A stretch of DNA of 64,000 bases, from positions 21,948,001-22,012,000 of the forward strand of contig NC_135761.1 in assembly GCF_052425735.1 (NCBI RefSeq), in the 5' to 3' direction. The notes beneath the pieces were generated by a model. It ran no database searches, had not been told where the DNA came from, and worked only from the letters and a program-made list of their open reading frames with translations. This stretch comes from Oculina patagonica. Lineage: Eukaryota. This document shows positions 1-12,798 of the stretch, in pieces; position 1 is the first letter of the stretch; each line of letters starts with the position of its first letter. The position numbers and the translations under genes were made by a program.

Positions 1-555
1 TGATGCCCCCTTTTTTTGCTTGTGGCACTGGCACGTATCTCGACAGGATTTTTTTTATCAAAACAGCAGGCAGCCAACAATGAGGAAACGTTGTGGCTAT
101 CTGGCTCAACCTTGTTGTCCTGCATTTCTTGGTAGATGTCAAGTTCTTTGTGTTGATTACCACAAACCAGGATCCAATTTGCCATATTGCGCATTTTTTT
201 CCAAATTGCGATTTGAACACTCGAATATCCTCTATGTCTGATTTACAGGAAACCTAATTATAAAGTCCAGCTTGACTTAGCTGTGCGATTTTTCCATTAT
301 TATTTTACTCTCTTCATCATCAGTAAGAAAGGTATCCAACGCCAATTTTGGTTCCCTTGTACAAGTTTATTTTTCGTTCTCTACCTCAGCTTCATGCATT
401 TAGCTTTGAGTTTTGATTCGGGTTTACCAGATTGTCTGTTTTTTTTTTAATTGGTATTGGATTTTTTTAAAGACATATCCAACCAAACATTGCTCTAATA
501 AACTTAAATTGTTATATTATTTTTGTAATATTTTTCTCCTATAATCTCTCTTCAG

Positions 556-2775
556 ATGTCTTCCCAAACGACCAATTTTTTGTTACATTTGAATTTTCAA
601 ATGGTGGGGTAGACCTGGAAAAGTTCCAATTTATTTCAATGTCAGAGGCCTTGAGCGTTCTACACCAGACAGCCTTTGGACTTGCCGTTGCTGAGGAGGC
701 GCTTGAATTCGAGCACCGTGACCTCCACTGGGGCAATCTTTTGATTAGCAGAACAAAAGAAGAGTTCATTGAATTCACATTGCTTGGAGAAAAACATATG
801 GTAGAGAGTCATGGCGTCCATGTATCCATTATTGACTTCACTCTCTCACGAATAAAGAAAGGTAATGTCAAAAGTTGCACACAGCAGGGGTACTTAACTG
901 CTTGCTGCAGCCGTTCATGTTCCACTCTTACTTTTATTGTCGGTGAAAGGACTGATGTAATGCGCTCCAGTTGCCAAAAAAAGGGATGACACCTCCCACA
1001 ATTCACACTTCTCGGGCGCGAAATGCAAATTTGTACTTTTGCATTCGTGGCACGTTGTGGTGCCGAGCATCCTTCAAGCTTACCTTGCTTTGAAATCTCA
1101 TGAAAACCAGATATATCATTGACAAAAATATAAAAATATGAGAAATTACTTCCTAACGTTTAACAGAATATTCCTAGCGAAAATGAAAAGCATTATATCA
1201 GTAACAGAGGTGGAAAATACGCAGGTTGTTTGCCAGTTGTTTACGGTTTAATGATTGACTGACAACTAGGTGTGAGAATGGCCAGGCCAGGCCCCTTTTA
1301 TGCCAGAACTTCTTGTTTAAGCGACTAGGAATCCCCCCTGAACGAAATGGTAGTCCATCGTAGGGTATTCCCCCACCATTATATCGCCGGTACCCATTTC
1401 TACATCAGGGTGGGATGAGGCACCTTGAGAGTAAAGTGTCTTGCCCAAGAACACAACACAGTGATCCTGGCCAGGGCTCGAACCCAGACCGCTCGATCCG
1501 GTGTCTAGCGCACTAACCATTAGGCAACCGTGCTTCCCACTTAAGATGAACTTAAATTTATCGTGTTTTGAGCCAAACAGTCTTAAAAATGACTGCCTTA
1601 TTGTTAACATGAGAGTAAAGCATTGTGTCCCCTTTTTGTGATGCATGAAAAGGAAAACTGTATTGGTACATAATTCACTTTTTCAAAAAGGAATAGGTTA
1701 CCCTCATGAGACCCTGAGTTTGGGTTTTCGGTTTTACTTTTAAATGTTATTTTATTTTTAGATGGTGTTGCGATGTTCTGTAATTTGGCGAACGAAATAG
1801 CGTTGTTTGAGGGAAAAGATGATTTTCAGTTTGACGTGTATCGCCTGATGAAAGAGTCCAATAAGTAAGTGTGATTTCTTTGTTGTTTCATATTTATTGG
1901 AACTATTCTTGTTAGGAAAAGTTTTACAGGTTCAAAGAAAGGTCAAGCCCATGTCAGATTAGACCCCAATTCCAAGCATTAACACCGTTTAGTATATACC
2001 TTATTGAAGAAACGTTGACCCTGTGACAACCATAAAGCATACACCATAAAACCGAATGGAATTCTGGGTAGACAGCCTTTGTAAGCTTAGTAATACTCCT
2101 TTTATTGATAGTCAAGATATTTTCTTTCTATCAGATCCTTTTAAGCATGATTTATGCAGCCTGTCTGATTATCGTGTTTATTCTGTCAGAGACGACGATT
2201 ATTTCTTTCGATGTCCCAGGAAACATTTGTGTCAAATCGTTTATGGTTAACGCTTTTCATGGGTCAACGATTCTTCAATCAGGTGTCAAAAGAGAAGGTC
2301 AAAAGAAAGACCCTGCTAATCTTTTTTAACAACTCACAAAACAAATTCAAGATCCACACACTAGAAAGGCAAGAAACAATTTGAGTAAGAAGAGGCAAGA
2401 CTTGAAAGTGATGACCAAGAAACTGGAATACTAAGATGCCTCAAATTCTTGTTTGTACATTTAATGTACGTTTCTCTGACTGAGAGTTGGCACTTTGCAT
2501 GAAGTCAGCAAAAAATGTTAGTGAGGGTGTTATTGTGTCAGGTTGCACTGGTTATTTAATTTTCAAGTGTCTTGTATGTCATTGACAGAAATGACTGGGA
2601 AAAGTTTACAAGTTCAAGCAATGCCCTTTGGCTAACTTACATTGCCAAAAAATTGTTAAAAGACAAAAATTACAAGAACAAAGACAGACGAACGGCAAGA
2701 AAGTTAGAGAGGGTTGCCATGCGTGCGCAGAATAGCTCGTCGGCCAAGGAGTTTTTGAAAGACTTTTTTAACTGA
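556..2775 (+). CDS. HASPIN: Haspin (histone H3T3 kinase) C-terminal kinase domain; last three exons 556-861, 1762-1864, 2589-2775; 5' exons lie outside the window
   Basis: The spliced translation gives haspin-diagnostic motifs: LAVAEEALEFEHRDLHWGNLL, IIDFTLSR, LFEGKDDFQFDVYRLMK and NDWEKF..SNALWLTYI. GT-AG junctions have compatible phases (TTCAG|556, 861|GTAAT, TTTAG|1762, 1864|GTAAGT, ACAG|2589). Stop TGA at 2773-2775. Confidence 0.9.
1318..1538 (-). mobile_element. tRNA-derived SINE in a haspin intron
   Basis: Minus strand has an A-box-like TTGCCTAATGG and a B-box GGTTCGAGCCC, followed by the common invertebrate SINE core TGTGTTCTTGGGCAAGACACTT. Confidence 0.7.
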
Positions 2776-3589
2776 GAAGGTATGGAAGATGTAATTATAA
2801 GTATAACTGTCTTAACTTGGTGCTTGGGAGCCTTGGTTCTTTGTAGCAGGCTAGGTCCTTGGGAGCATTTTTTCAAAGTTGAATAGGAGGAGCTTGTTAC
2901 TTCTAGGTGAAAATTATACAAACGAAGTGAGCGTCGCGCATTTAACACTGCCCCGATTGAATGTGATTTGAGAGACCTGAAAAGTTTGCAATGTAACTAA
3001 TTATCATATAGAAATAGTCGTTCCTTTTGGAAGGCAGGTTAAATATTCAACGAAGTAGTGGCTAATCGTCAAATCCCACTAGCCATCCCCTCCCCCCACG
3101 CAACCTCGTTTTTAAAAATTTTCCTTGTTCTTAGCTTTACTTTGCGTCACAACACGAACAGGTTTAAAACCAAGATTTTGTATTACTTTTTTAAATGATA
3201 AACTCGCATAACCCTATCCAGACAAAAAAGAAAAAAACCAGCGACTTGAATCAAGTTGTATCAACTTCCTGGAATTTCCCATGGAATTCGTAAAGTGATC
3301 TTTTGTGATGGGAATGAGAAGTTTCTTTATATAGGGGGCTAACAGAACTTGTCTGCATTTTTTAAAGGGTGTTAAAATAACAAAAAATCAATCCAATATG
3401 AACTTAATACGCACTTTATTATAAACCTTTCAGTATTTGAAACCGTTAGTATATGATTACAGTTAAATAAACCAAGTAATGCAATGAATAATAATTGAAG
3501 TAAAATGCGTACCATATCAGTGAATAAAACTACACATCCAGAACGACGCGACTTAATCAAGAATTTTAATTTTTCGTTTGTCCTTTACT

Positions 3590-6500
3590 TTAGATGGTGT
3601 GATGAAGTATTCTTTATGATGCTTTACTTAGAAGACGACTACCTTGTTTTATAGTATGAGACAACTTATTTAATGTGTTTCAACTGACGAGGTTACAAGT
3701 AAGTGTGACTTGTTTTTGTTTTGTATAGAGCAACAACCGGAAGCTCTTTCTTTTAATATTTTAGCCAGTGATACTTTTTAATCGCTTTTTATTATGTCTC
3801 ATACTGGCTGCGCTTGAATCTTTAATTGTGTCAAAGTTGTTCAAGAATATCAATCATTTTTGGGAAATGTTTTTTGGAGGGATGCCAAAGGGAAAGCGTT
3901 TTGTTTAAATTTAAAAAAAAACCCGACAGAATGTTATTATGTATATATTGAAAACTATTCTGGGGGTTATGTACCGAACAAGGTGGTAAGTAAAAACAGA
4001 GCCGAGTTAAAACCCGCGCCCTTGTGTGATTATTTACATGTACCTTTTTAAAGGAAAAAGAAATCCCATGACAAACCTTTCTTTCATGTGTACGAAGTGA
4101 GAGACTTATTTCTTAGATCAGTGATGGACGTTCACAAATAGGGATTCCACTTTTTTTGTTTTTGATTTTTACGTCTTTCTCTCTAGATGGTGTGATGGTC
4201 ATGTTTTTTAGCATAGCATAGCATAGCATAGCAGAGAATGAGTTATTTTACTGATAAAGGAGATTACATGTGCCAGTTTAATGTGTATCTCCTGATGAAA
4301 AGTTCAACAAGTAAGTGTGATTGTATTGTTCGTTAATTTTGTTATAGTAAGTTGAAAATATTTCGTATATCGTCACTGTAAGCCTAACTCTACTGGACCT
4401 CAGGTAAATTCGAGTCCACTTGATTCAAGACAATTCATCACAACTTGATTGACTTGAGTCAAGTTGCCGATTTGTACTACCCTTGCTCCTATCCCCGCCT
4501 TTTGGTATGCCAAGTCTCTTCCAACTAGAACTCCAAAAACGCTTAGGTCACACGAGTGGTCACAGCTTCATCACATGTAGTCTAGTTCTTATTTTTTTCT
4601 AGCCTTCCTTATGTCATTGCTGTATTTAATGCTGTTTAACGTGCCTAGACTTCTTGTGAGTCGGGTCGACTTTATGAATCACTAGTTGTCATGACTAAAT
4701 CAAAATTTTGTTTTCCGTAGGTTCTCCACTTTAAATGGTGTGATGCTGTTTTATTGCGTACCTTGTTAAATAGTGTAGAAGATCACTAGCTCAATGTGTA
4801 TCAACTGATTAGTTTACAAGTAAGTGTGACTGTGTTTCGTTTACTTTGTTATTCAGTGTTGTTTGAAAATCTTAATATTCTTTGACAAGATTTATGTTTG
4901 GAGAGGGGTCAAATGTAGAACCCGGAGCTCAAATTTGAAAAAAAAAAAAAAAAAAAAACTAAACCTGCTTTGGGAATATAATGTTTAACTTTAATTTATA
5001 TTGATCTGGATCCGTGTCGGATCCAGACCTTCAGATAAGTGGGGCCCCGATCATCCAGATCCTGGAAAAAAGATGGGGGACGCTCTCAAAAATTACTTTT
5101 CTCGGCTTTTTGGGCTTCCGTTTGACCGAACAATAAGGTCGAGTCCCGTGCCGCCTGTGATGTACCAAAAATCTTTATTGAATTGGTCGGGTACCAGCAA
5201 CGTTTCTTTATAAAAGCCACGGCCAGATTAAAACCCACGCCCTTGTACAATTATTGATATGTACCAACTCTTTTGATAAACCTTGCTTTCATGGGTACGA
5301 AGTAATTTATTTCCAAGATCACTGGGGGAGGTTCCACAAAAAGGGATTTCACTTACTTTTTCCGTTTTTGATTGTTACATCTTTCCGTTCTCTTTAGATG
5401 GTGTGATGCTAATGTTTTTCAGCAAAACTTAGGAGAGGAAGAGTCCTTGTTACTAATAAAGGAGATTACATGTGTCAGTTAAATGTGTATCTCCTGATAA
5501 CAAGTTCTACAAGTAAGTGTGATTTTGTTGTTCGTTAAACATGTTATAGCATTTTTAAAATATTTCTTACATGGTCACTGTATTTTACGCTAAGCCTTTC
5601 TCTCCTAGACCTCAGGTAAACTCGAGTCCACTTGATTCAAGACAATTCATCACAACTTGATTGAGTCGGGTCAAGTTGCCGATTTTTAATACCCTTGCTC
5701 GTATCGTAGCCTTTTGGTATGCTAAGTGTCTTGCAACTAGACCTCTAAAAACTCTTTGGGCTTCAGGTAACACGAGTGGTCACAGCTTCATCGCGTGTAG
5801 TCTAGTTCTCTAATTTTTCTAGCCTCCCTTACATCGTTCCTTTATTTAATGCTGGTTAACGTGCCTTGACTTCCAGTGAGTCGGGTCGAATTTATGAAAC
5901 ACTACCCGTATAAAGTAGTCGTACCGACTCAATCAAAATGTTGTTTTTCGTATGTTCTTCACTTTAGATGGTGTGATGCTGTTTTATTACGTACGTTGCA
6001 GAAAAGGATGAAACCTTGTTTAATAGTGTTGAAGATTAGCAGCTTAATGTGTATCAACTGATTAGTTTACAAGTAAGTGTGACTGTGTTTCGTTTACTTT
6101 GTTATTCAGTGTTGTTTGAAAATCTTAATATTCTTTGAGAAGATAAATGTTTGGAGAGGGGTCAAATGGAGAATCCTACGCTTAAATTAAAATAGACACT
6201 TTTTGCTTAGGGAATATAACGTTAAACTTTAATTGATATTGAAAAATCTCCTGGAGGCTAATTCCGTGGTGGATCCAGATCTTCAGATAAGTGGGTCCCC
6301 CGATCATCCAGACCACGTAAAAAGAGGAGGGTCCGCTCTCAAAAATTACTGTTTCTCGGCCCTTTGAGCTTCAGTTTGACCGAACAATAAGGTGGGCGCC
6401 TGGGTCCCTTGGGCCCCTTTCCGTAAATCCGCCACTGCTAATGTACCAAACACATTTATTGAGATGGTCCGGTACCCAGCAAGTTTTGTTATAAAAGCCA

Positions 6501-7125
6501 GGGCTAGGTTAACACCTGCGCCCTTCTTCAATTATTGGCAGGTACCTTTAAAGGAGTAAGAACTCCTTGGATAAACCCTGCTTGCATGTGTACGATGTGA
6601 TTTCTTTTTTCAGGGATTTCACTTAATTTTTTTTTTGATTTTTACGTCTTTTCCTGTAGATGGTGTGATGATCTTTTTTTTCAATTATTACTTAACAAAT
6701 GATGAGTCCTTTTTACTGATAAAGAAGATTACATGTGTCACTTGAATGCGCATCTCCTGATGATAACAAGTAAGTGGGATGGTGTTGTTTGTTAATCGTG
6801 TTATAGAAATTTGAAAAAAATTCTTATATCGTCACTGTATTGTACGCTAAGCCTATCTCTACTAGACCTAAGGTAAACTCGAGTCCACTTGATTCAAGAC
6901 AACTCATCACAACTTGATAAACTCCGGTCAAGTTACTGATACGTACTATGATTTAATTCTAAGATCACTGAGGGAGGATCTCTTTGTTTTTATGTCTTTC
7001 ATTTTAGATTGGGTGATGCTCATGTTTCGAAACTTAGAAGAGGATGAGTCCTTGTCACTGATTAAGGAGTGGACGTGTCAGTTTAATGTGCTTCCCTGAT
7101 GAGAAAGTTTAACAAGTAGGTGTGA
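3590..7125 (+). pseudogene. About seven degenerate tandem copies of the haspin 1762-1864 exon with splice-site context; includes a ~1.2-kb tandem duplication unit
   Basis: TTAGATGGTGTGATG...AAGTAAGTGTGA blocks at ~3591, 4184, 4731, 5394, 5963, 6657 and 7003, all frameshifted or containing stops. 4185-5390 resembles 5395-6650. Confidence 0.8.
6264..6437. mobile_element. Short MITE-like element; degenerate copy at ~5013-5160
   Basis: Imperfect terminal inverted repeats GTGGTGGATCC...AAATCCGCCACTG; present in both copies of the 1.2-kb duplication. Confidence 0.5.
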
Positions 7126-8286
7126 TTGTGTTGTTCCTTAGATGTGTGATAGTAGTTTGAGCTTTATTCTAAGTCGCTGTATTTTACGCTATGCTTTTCC
7201 TTATCGTAAATTTTGGCGGCCATTCTGTTGACAATCGCACGCTGTTTCTCTACTCACTTTTTAAAATAGAATAGATAGTGAGTAGCGTAGCGTAGCCAAT
7301 CAGAGAACAGCATTCGTGATAGAACGCTAGTAGTTTTATACTAAAAGCTCTTTGATCTTTAGCTGGTGTAGCTTTCAGTGTACATGAAAATAATGCTTCA
7401 AATCATTTACAAGATATATATCTATCTATTCTAGATCTTTCAAGTTACTGGCAACTTTTAAGCCAATGATGAGCCATGGAAGGCGGGATTTTGATAGCAA
7501 GCTGCTAGAGTTTATTTTCTTAGTACCGGTATGATTCACATTTCACAACGTTTTCTTACTTGGAGATGTGCACGAATATTAATTTATTTTCTAACGCGTC
7601 TTTTCTTCTTAGTGACATTGATTGATTTCTTTCATGATGGTGATCAGTGGGTGAACAGGATTGATAACTATGCCGGGGGCCAGAAAAAAAAAAAGTGGTC
7701 CCTGATAATAAGTATAGAGATCACAAGGGAAAGCTGCTTTGATCTGTTAACAAATTCTCCTATTTAAGACTATCAGTAAGAGGAATTTTATGTGGATATT
7801 TGGACTTAAAGGGTATCCATTTAAAAGCAGTCATAGCACGAAGTGACTTGTTTTTGTCATATAAACAAGACGCCCAAAGGCAGATTACGTGGGATGTGAA
7901 GCGACTTCCACTGTCACATTCTGTTAACGTACAGATAAATAAAAATGTTAACACTCAATAAAGTAATTTAAACTACCCTAAGCTCACGACACGAAACGTA
8001 CGGGAACACGACCATTAACTTCAAGCAGTGTTCTGTAACAAAGATGAGATTTACAAGGGTTTCTAAATACGGTAAAGTAAACCTTTTTTTCAAGAGGTAT
8101 AAATCATTTCGGACATTGCCGGCGACGAGAGCATACTATCAAGCATACTCTAGGTGAGATTTTAAAGCGACGGGGACTTTTGAAGCAAATTTATAGTTGC
8201 AGTAACTTTGATATTTTCGTCTTGATCTCAGTATAAATGCTTCGACGGGAAACAAAAACCGGTTTTCGGGATACGCGAAACGTCTG

Positions 8287-8287
<1 letters not shown>

Positions 8288-8333
<46 letters not shown>
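8288..8333. repeat. (CAAT)n microsatellite
   Basis: About 11 perfect units, seen directly. Confidence 0.95.
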
Positions 8334-9119
8334 CACGTTTCTGACTATGATTTAGGAATAGGAAAAAAGGTAACTCGAACGAATTTTATACGTGGGCGTC
8401 CGTCTTGTGTAAAATGAAGGATACTTTCGTGGTAGGATGATTAAAATCATGATTAATTTCTGATTTCTTTTCCTTTAGTTTTTGCGTGTTACTGTAAGGG
8501 AGCACCAGTGACGCGGGGAAGAAGGCGCAGAGCCGTCAAAGACAAATGATACGATAAGGTAAGAATAACAATTCCAACGTTTCTTAAAATGATGTAACTT
8601 TTATGTGTGTGATAAAATGTGAATAAATGGATTTCATAAAGGGTCCAGAATGACATTAACCACATCCAGTCGTTATACTTTTGTGTCATACTCAAAAATG
8701 CAGCTTACGGCCCAATGAAAATATCGAAAATTGGAGTCGAAGGCGGAGTCATATGTTCGACAGAATTCGAGTAGGTAGAAACAGAACGGATTCTATTGCG
8801 TATAACTCCGTCACTTATAATCCAGTAAAAAAAAACCCTGGAGTCCAATGCTAGTTCTCACCGTTCTTCGAGTGCTTCCTTTCTGCTTGCACCTCAAACA
8901 ATCTAGTTTTTACTGATCATTAGCGGTTTTTAAACCGCTAATGATCAATTAAAATTTCCATCCACTAATTTGGTGGGATCCGATCTATGCTTACATTTCC
9001 AATCACTCTAGCTTTTCACAAAGGACTCAGGCAATCCAGTAAACTGACCACAATTCGTACACGACACAAGACACAGAGAAACATGTGCGAGCCAGCGAGT
9101 CACGAATACTTTTCATTTA

Positions 9120-9135
9120 GCATCGCACCGGTATC

Positions 9136-9169
<34 letters not shown>

Positions 9170-9289
9170 TGAATTTTTTTCAGGCTTCTTTATTCCAATT
9201 GCTTAAATTGAAAAATCACTGCGACGATCATTTATCACTCTCATATACATCCGCAGTTCATATATGAATCATTTCATATACATTACATC
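9120..9289 (+). mobile_element. Truncated copy of the tRNA-derived repeat family also found at 61035-61640
   Basis: Nearly identical to ~61261-61435. Flanked by a 12-bp direct repeat ACTTTTCATTTA (9108-9119 / 9290-9301). Confidence 0.85.
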
Positions 9290-9557
9290 ACTTTTCATTT
9301 ATTTTTGATTGGTTGAAACACTGGCGATATTTTTTATCTACTTATAGTAATCTTTCGGTACTTAATTAATCAATAAATAATCAATTTCTTCCCCTCGCCT
9401 CAGATTTATCTTTATTTTCCCGTTTAGCAATCAATTGAAAGACAAATGCAGATCCGAATAACACGTGACCCTGACGGTGGTGTGCTGATGCTCAATTCCG
9501 GAAGTGAAGAAGGCCGATTTATTTTCACTCCAGGTAACTCGTGTGCAGCACTGTTTA

Positions 9558-9742
9558 CTCTCTCTCCTAGCCTCCGCAGAGGTCTCTTTCGTGTTCCCTA
9601 CGGGGTGGGAAATGGGGAGGGGTAAAAGGTAAGCGCGCGGAGCCTGGAGAGAATCGAAACGAAAGCGCGCGAGGGAAATCGTCTTCCTCCCTCCGGTTTT
9701 TTTCGCCTTCCGCCACTAAAGGAGCCTCTGCGGACGAGAGAG
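9558..9742. mobile_element. Short MITE-like element
   Basis: Imperfect inverted ends CTCTCTC..CCGCAGAGG / CCTCTGCGG..GAGAGAG. Confidence 0.45.
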
Positions 9743-11147
9743 CTGTTTACTTAAATTGCACTGTAACTTCAAGGTAGAAATAGTTAAGGAGGGGAAAGGG
9801 AGTTTCGTCCTTAAAATTCTTTTATTTCGACAGTCTGTTTGTTGTCAGATTTCCTGTTCTTGGCCTTGCGTTGAAAGTTGAACCAGTTTTCCTGTCTCTT
9901 ACCTGGTTAGGTGGTACCATATTATACTGACGGGGATTAGGAGAGTAAAATCATTGTCTCGAACAGCTTCAGAACCTAAAACCGTTATTACAACTAAACA
10001 GTTTTAACATGGGCACGGTTACTAGCACAATATAAACGTTGTGAAGGAAAGACGCTCACCGTGGACAGTGATTGCGATGGATATTCTGTGACAGGTTTGA
10101 TTGTCACACATTCTTTAGTACCGTTTTCCTTTCAATTAAGATTACAGATTTAATTAGTTAGAACGTCACACGATCCCACAAGGCTTCAGAAGCGCACCGT
10201 GAGAATGAAAGAAATTCTGCGAACAGAACTATGTGTTATTTGGCTTTAATTAGTAAACATGATTGTTTTCTTTCATACTTTTAGAACATCTTCACGCAGA
10301 GCACAAATTGTTTATTTTATACCCTACAAGAACGTACATCGGGTGATTGAGCCCTCCAGCCTTGGCTAGCTGTATGTGAGATTAACGGCCATCGCAAGAT
10401 TCACAGGTATTGTGTAGGATGGTCTGGGTTGTCTCTGTTTCTAAATCTTCATACATATTTTTCGCCTCTAGTGATACAAACTACCTTTAACTTCTACAGA
10501 GCTGTCTGTTGCATTGGACGCTACAAGAACGTTTATTGGGGAATTGAACCCTCCTGTCTTGGTTGGCTGTATGTGAGATTTAACGGCCATTGCACAATCC
10601 ATAGGTACGGTACAGGTTTTCACTGTTTCAATATACGTTTTTTTAATTTTTTTTTCGCCTTAAGTGACGCCTTACTTTCGTACTTACCTTCAGCATGCGC
10701 ACAGCGGTCACTTATTTTGTTTTGTTCTGCACGGAGGAAGAAGAAGACGGCTAACTTACCTTATGTTGTGAAACGTGTCGTCTTTTTATTAAATTTAAGA
10801 CGGAATCAGGCAGGACTTCGAGTATTAAAAGGACACGGTTTTGTAACAAAATTATTTACATCTTATTCAGAAACTTCTGTGTCACTGTTTGAAAAAACTT
10901 ATGAAAAGATATCATTTTACCAAACGTCGAGGTGCACTGAACGCTTAAAAGAAAATTTAACCAAACAATCTTCATCTGAAAATGTACGTTCTCGTAGTTC
11001 TTATGGAATTTGGAAATCATGTTATAGGGCACTGATAAGAAATTATGTTGGTGCAATCATGAATAACTATACTTCAGTAGTGAGGAAAGGACCGAATTAG
11101 CCGTTTATTTGTGGAATTAATTATTTTTTTGTGGAATTAATTAAGTG

Positions 11148-11370
11148 AGTGACGTCATAGAGGCGTCAGTGACGTCATCAAAAATGGGGCGTAAATGACG
11201 TCATAAAATGGGGTGTAATCTAAAAATAGAAAAATTACGTCATTGGGGTGTAATCTAAAAATAGAAAAATTACGTCATTGGGGTGTAATCTAAAAATAAA
11301 AATTACATCATATCGGAGGGTAACCCCGCCTTGACCAATAGCCATAAAAGAAGCTGCTTGCAGTTCAGTC
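11148..11370 (+). promoter_or_regulatory. Terminal regulatory region of the Polinton: ATF/CRE sites, GC boxes, 35-bp tandem repeats, CCAAT box, TATA-like box, Inr; mirrored at ~16394-16616
   Basis: TGACGTCA x3 (11150, 11170, 11196) and TTACGTCA x2; GGGGTGTAATCTAAAAATA.AAA repeated 3 times; CCAAT at 11335; CATAAAAG at 11343; TCAGT at 11365, upstream of ATG 11402. Confidence 0.6.
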
Positions 11371-11401
11371 TATTCTCAGAGTTTACACCGTTCAGATCAC
11401 A

Positions 11402-11935
11402 ATGTACAGCAGTTATAATCAATTCTTTCAAGAGGGTTATGGAAATATCATATTACCCGATGACAGTGGAGATGAAAGCGATGATGAGAGCTCACAGGAA
11501 AGTGAACAGTCATTTAGTCAAGATTCTCAATCGAGCGAAGAAATAGACTCTTCCCAAGAACAAATGGAGCATATAGATCCCTGGTCGCGCATTCAAGATG
11601 AAGTCACTAGTCGTCACGAAGCCAAGCTCGAAACTCTGATAAACGAGTATGAACAACATGGAGATGTGTCTGAAGTGGCCCGTGTTAAGGCTGAAAATGC
11701 TCTGCTACCAGTATACAGGAAGGAGCTGAGAAAAGTTCTTTTGGAGTATTTACAGTGGATGCATGCAATGAGGAAAGATTCGACCTTCCGTAAAGTGATA
11801 GAGACCAAAAATGAATTGAAAGATACAGAGGGATATGATTGGTTAGAATCGACAGAACTCGCTATCGATAAAAAAAATAAGCGAAAATTCTTACTCAATC
11901 GGTTGTTTGTCAAACAAACTGTTCCCGAACACTAA
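11402..11935 (+). CDS. Polinton accessory ORF A (acidic Ser/Asp/Glu N-terminus, helical C-terminus), left arm, 177 aa
   Basis: Intact ORF with promoter-like elements upstream and AATAAA at 11993. Identical to the right-arm copy apart from an in-frame 9-bp insertion (KNK). Confidence 0.7.
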   Translation: MYSSYNQFFQEGYGNIILPDDSGDESDDESSQESEQSFSQDSQSSEEIDSSQEQMEHIDPWSRIQDEVTSRHEAKLETLINEYEQHGDVSEVARVKAENALLPVYRKELRKVLLEYLQWMHAMRKDSTFRKVIETKNELKDTEGYDWLESTELAIDKKNKRKFLLNRLFVKQTVPEH

Positions 11936-12798
11936 GTGAACTGTGCCTGTTAATCTTTTCTGGTGACACCTCTGTCAATGTTTTTAATAATCAATAAACG
12001 TATTTTAAAAGAGAAAAAACCTTCCTTCTTGTGTCTCGCGGTGCGCAACTTGTCTATATAAACGCCTATAGATGCTAATTTCTTAAGCAAACTCCACCAA
12101 GTTTATACCGTAATTCGCTTAAATGCTCATACGCGTTCTCTACCGTTTGAATTAAGATAAAACCAAACATGTGAAACATAGGTTTACAAGTCAAAAAAGT
12201 TGTACATCGATCAAATTTTTTTCACAAAATCGGTTCACTGAGCTGGTCTTACAATTTATTTTACTCGTAACTGCTCAATAACTCCATATTGCCAATGTAG
12301 TATTGCCGTATTGGCCGCTACGAATTTTTTGCTGTTTGTAATAATTGCTATTTGATTTTCTTGGTTGCTCTTTGTCACTCAACTGGTTAAATGATTTATT
12401 GATCTTATGAACTTAACGTAATAAGAAATTTTGAAATGGAAAACTTTTAGAAAGTTTTGACAGTAAGAAAGTTTACTTTAAAGAAATGTAAATGAACTGT
12501 TGACAGGTTTGAGTGTGAATTTTTCGCTCCGATAATAACCCTTGGGAAAAGCATGTTAGTAATGCCTTTGTGTTAAGCGAAACCCCTAATTCTGGAAAAG
12601 TTTAATGAATTTTTATGAAGTAAATAATAAGAGTTTTTTAAAGGAAATAAACTGAAGAAAATCACTTAATTTCCTCTTTTAATACACTGTTATTTATACA
12701 ATAGCCGTTGACATTACATTCTTTTAAACAAAGATTGCAAAAACAGACTTAAACCTATATGTCCGTGTCATCCAACAGCAAATGTTTATGCAAAAACA

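Noticed and set aside
10574-10576. In-frame TGA (GCM*DL) as selenocysteine
   Set aside because: The reading frame of the exon is uncertain, no SECIS was identified and there is no selenoprotein similarity.
10429-11100. 223-aa ORF
   Set aside because: It starts at TTG, runs through intron-like sequence and into the Polinton terminus, and has no recognisable domain.
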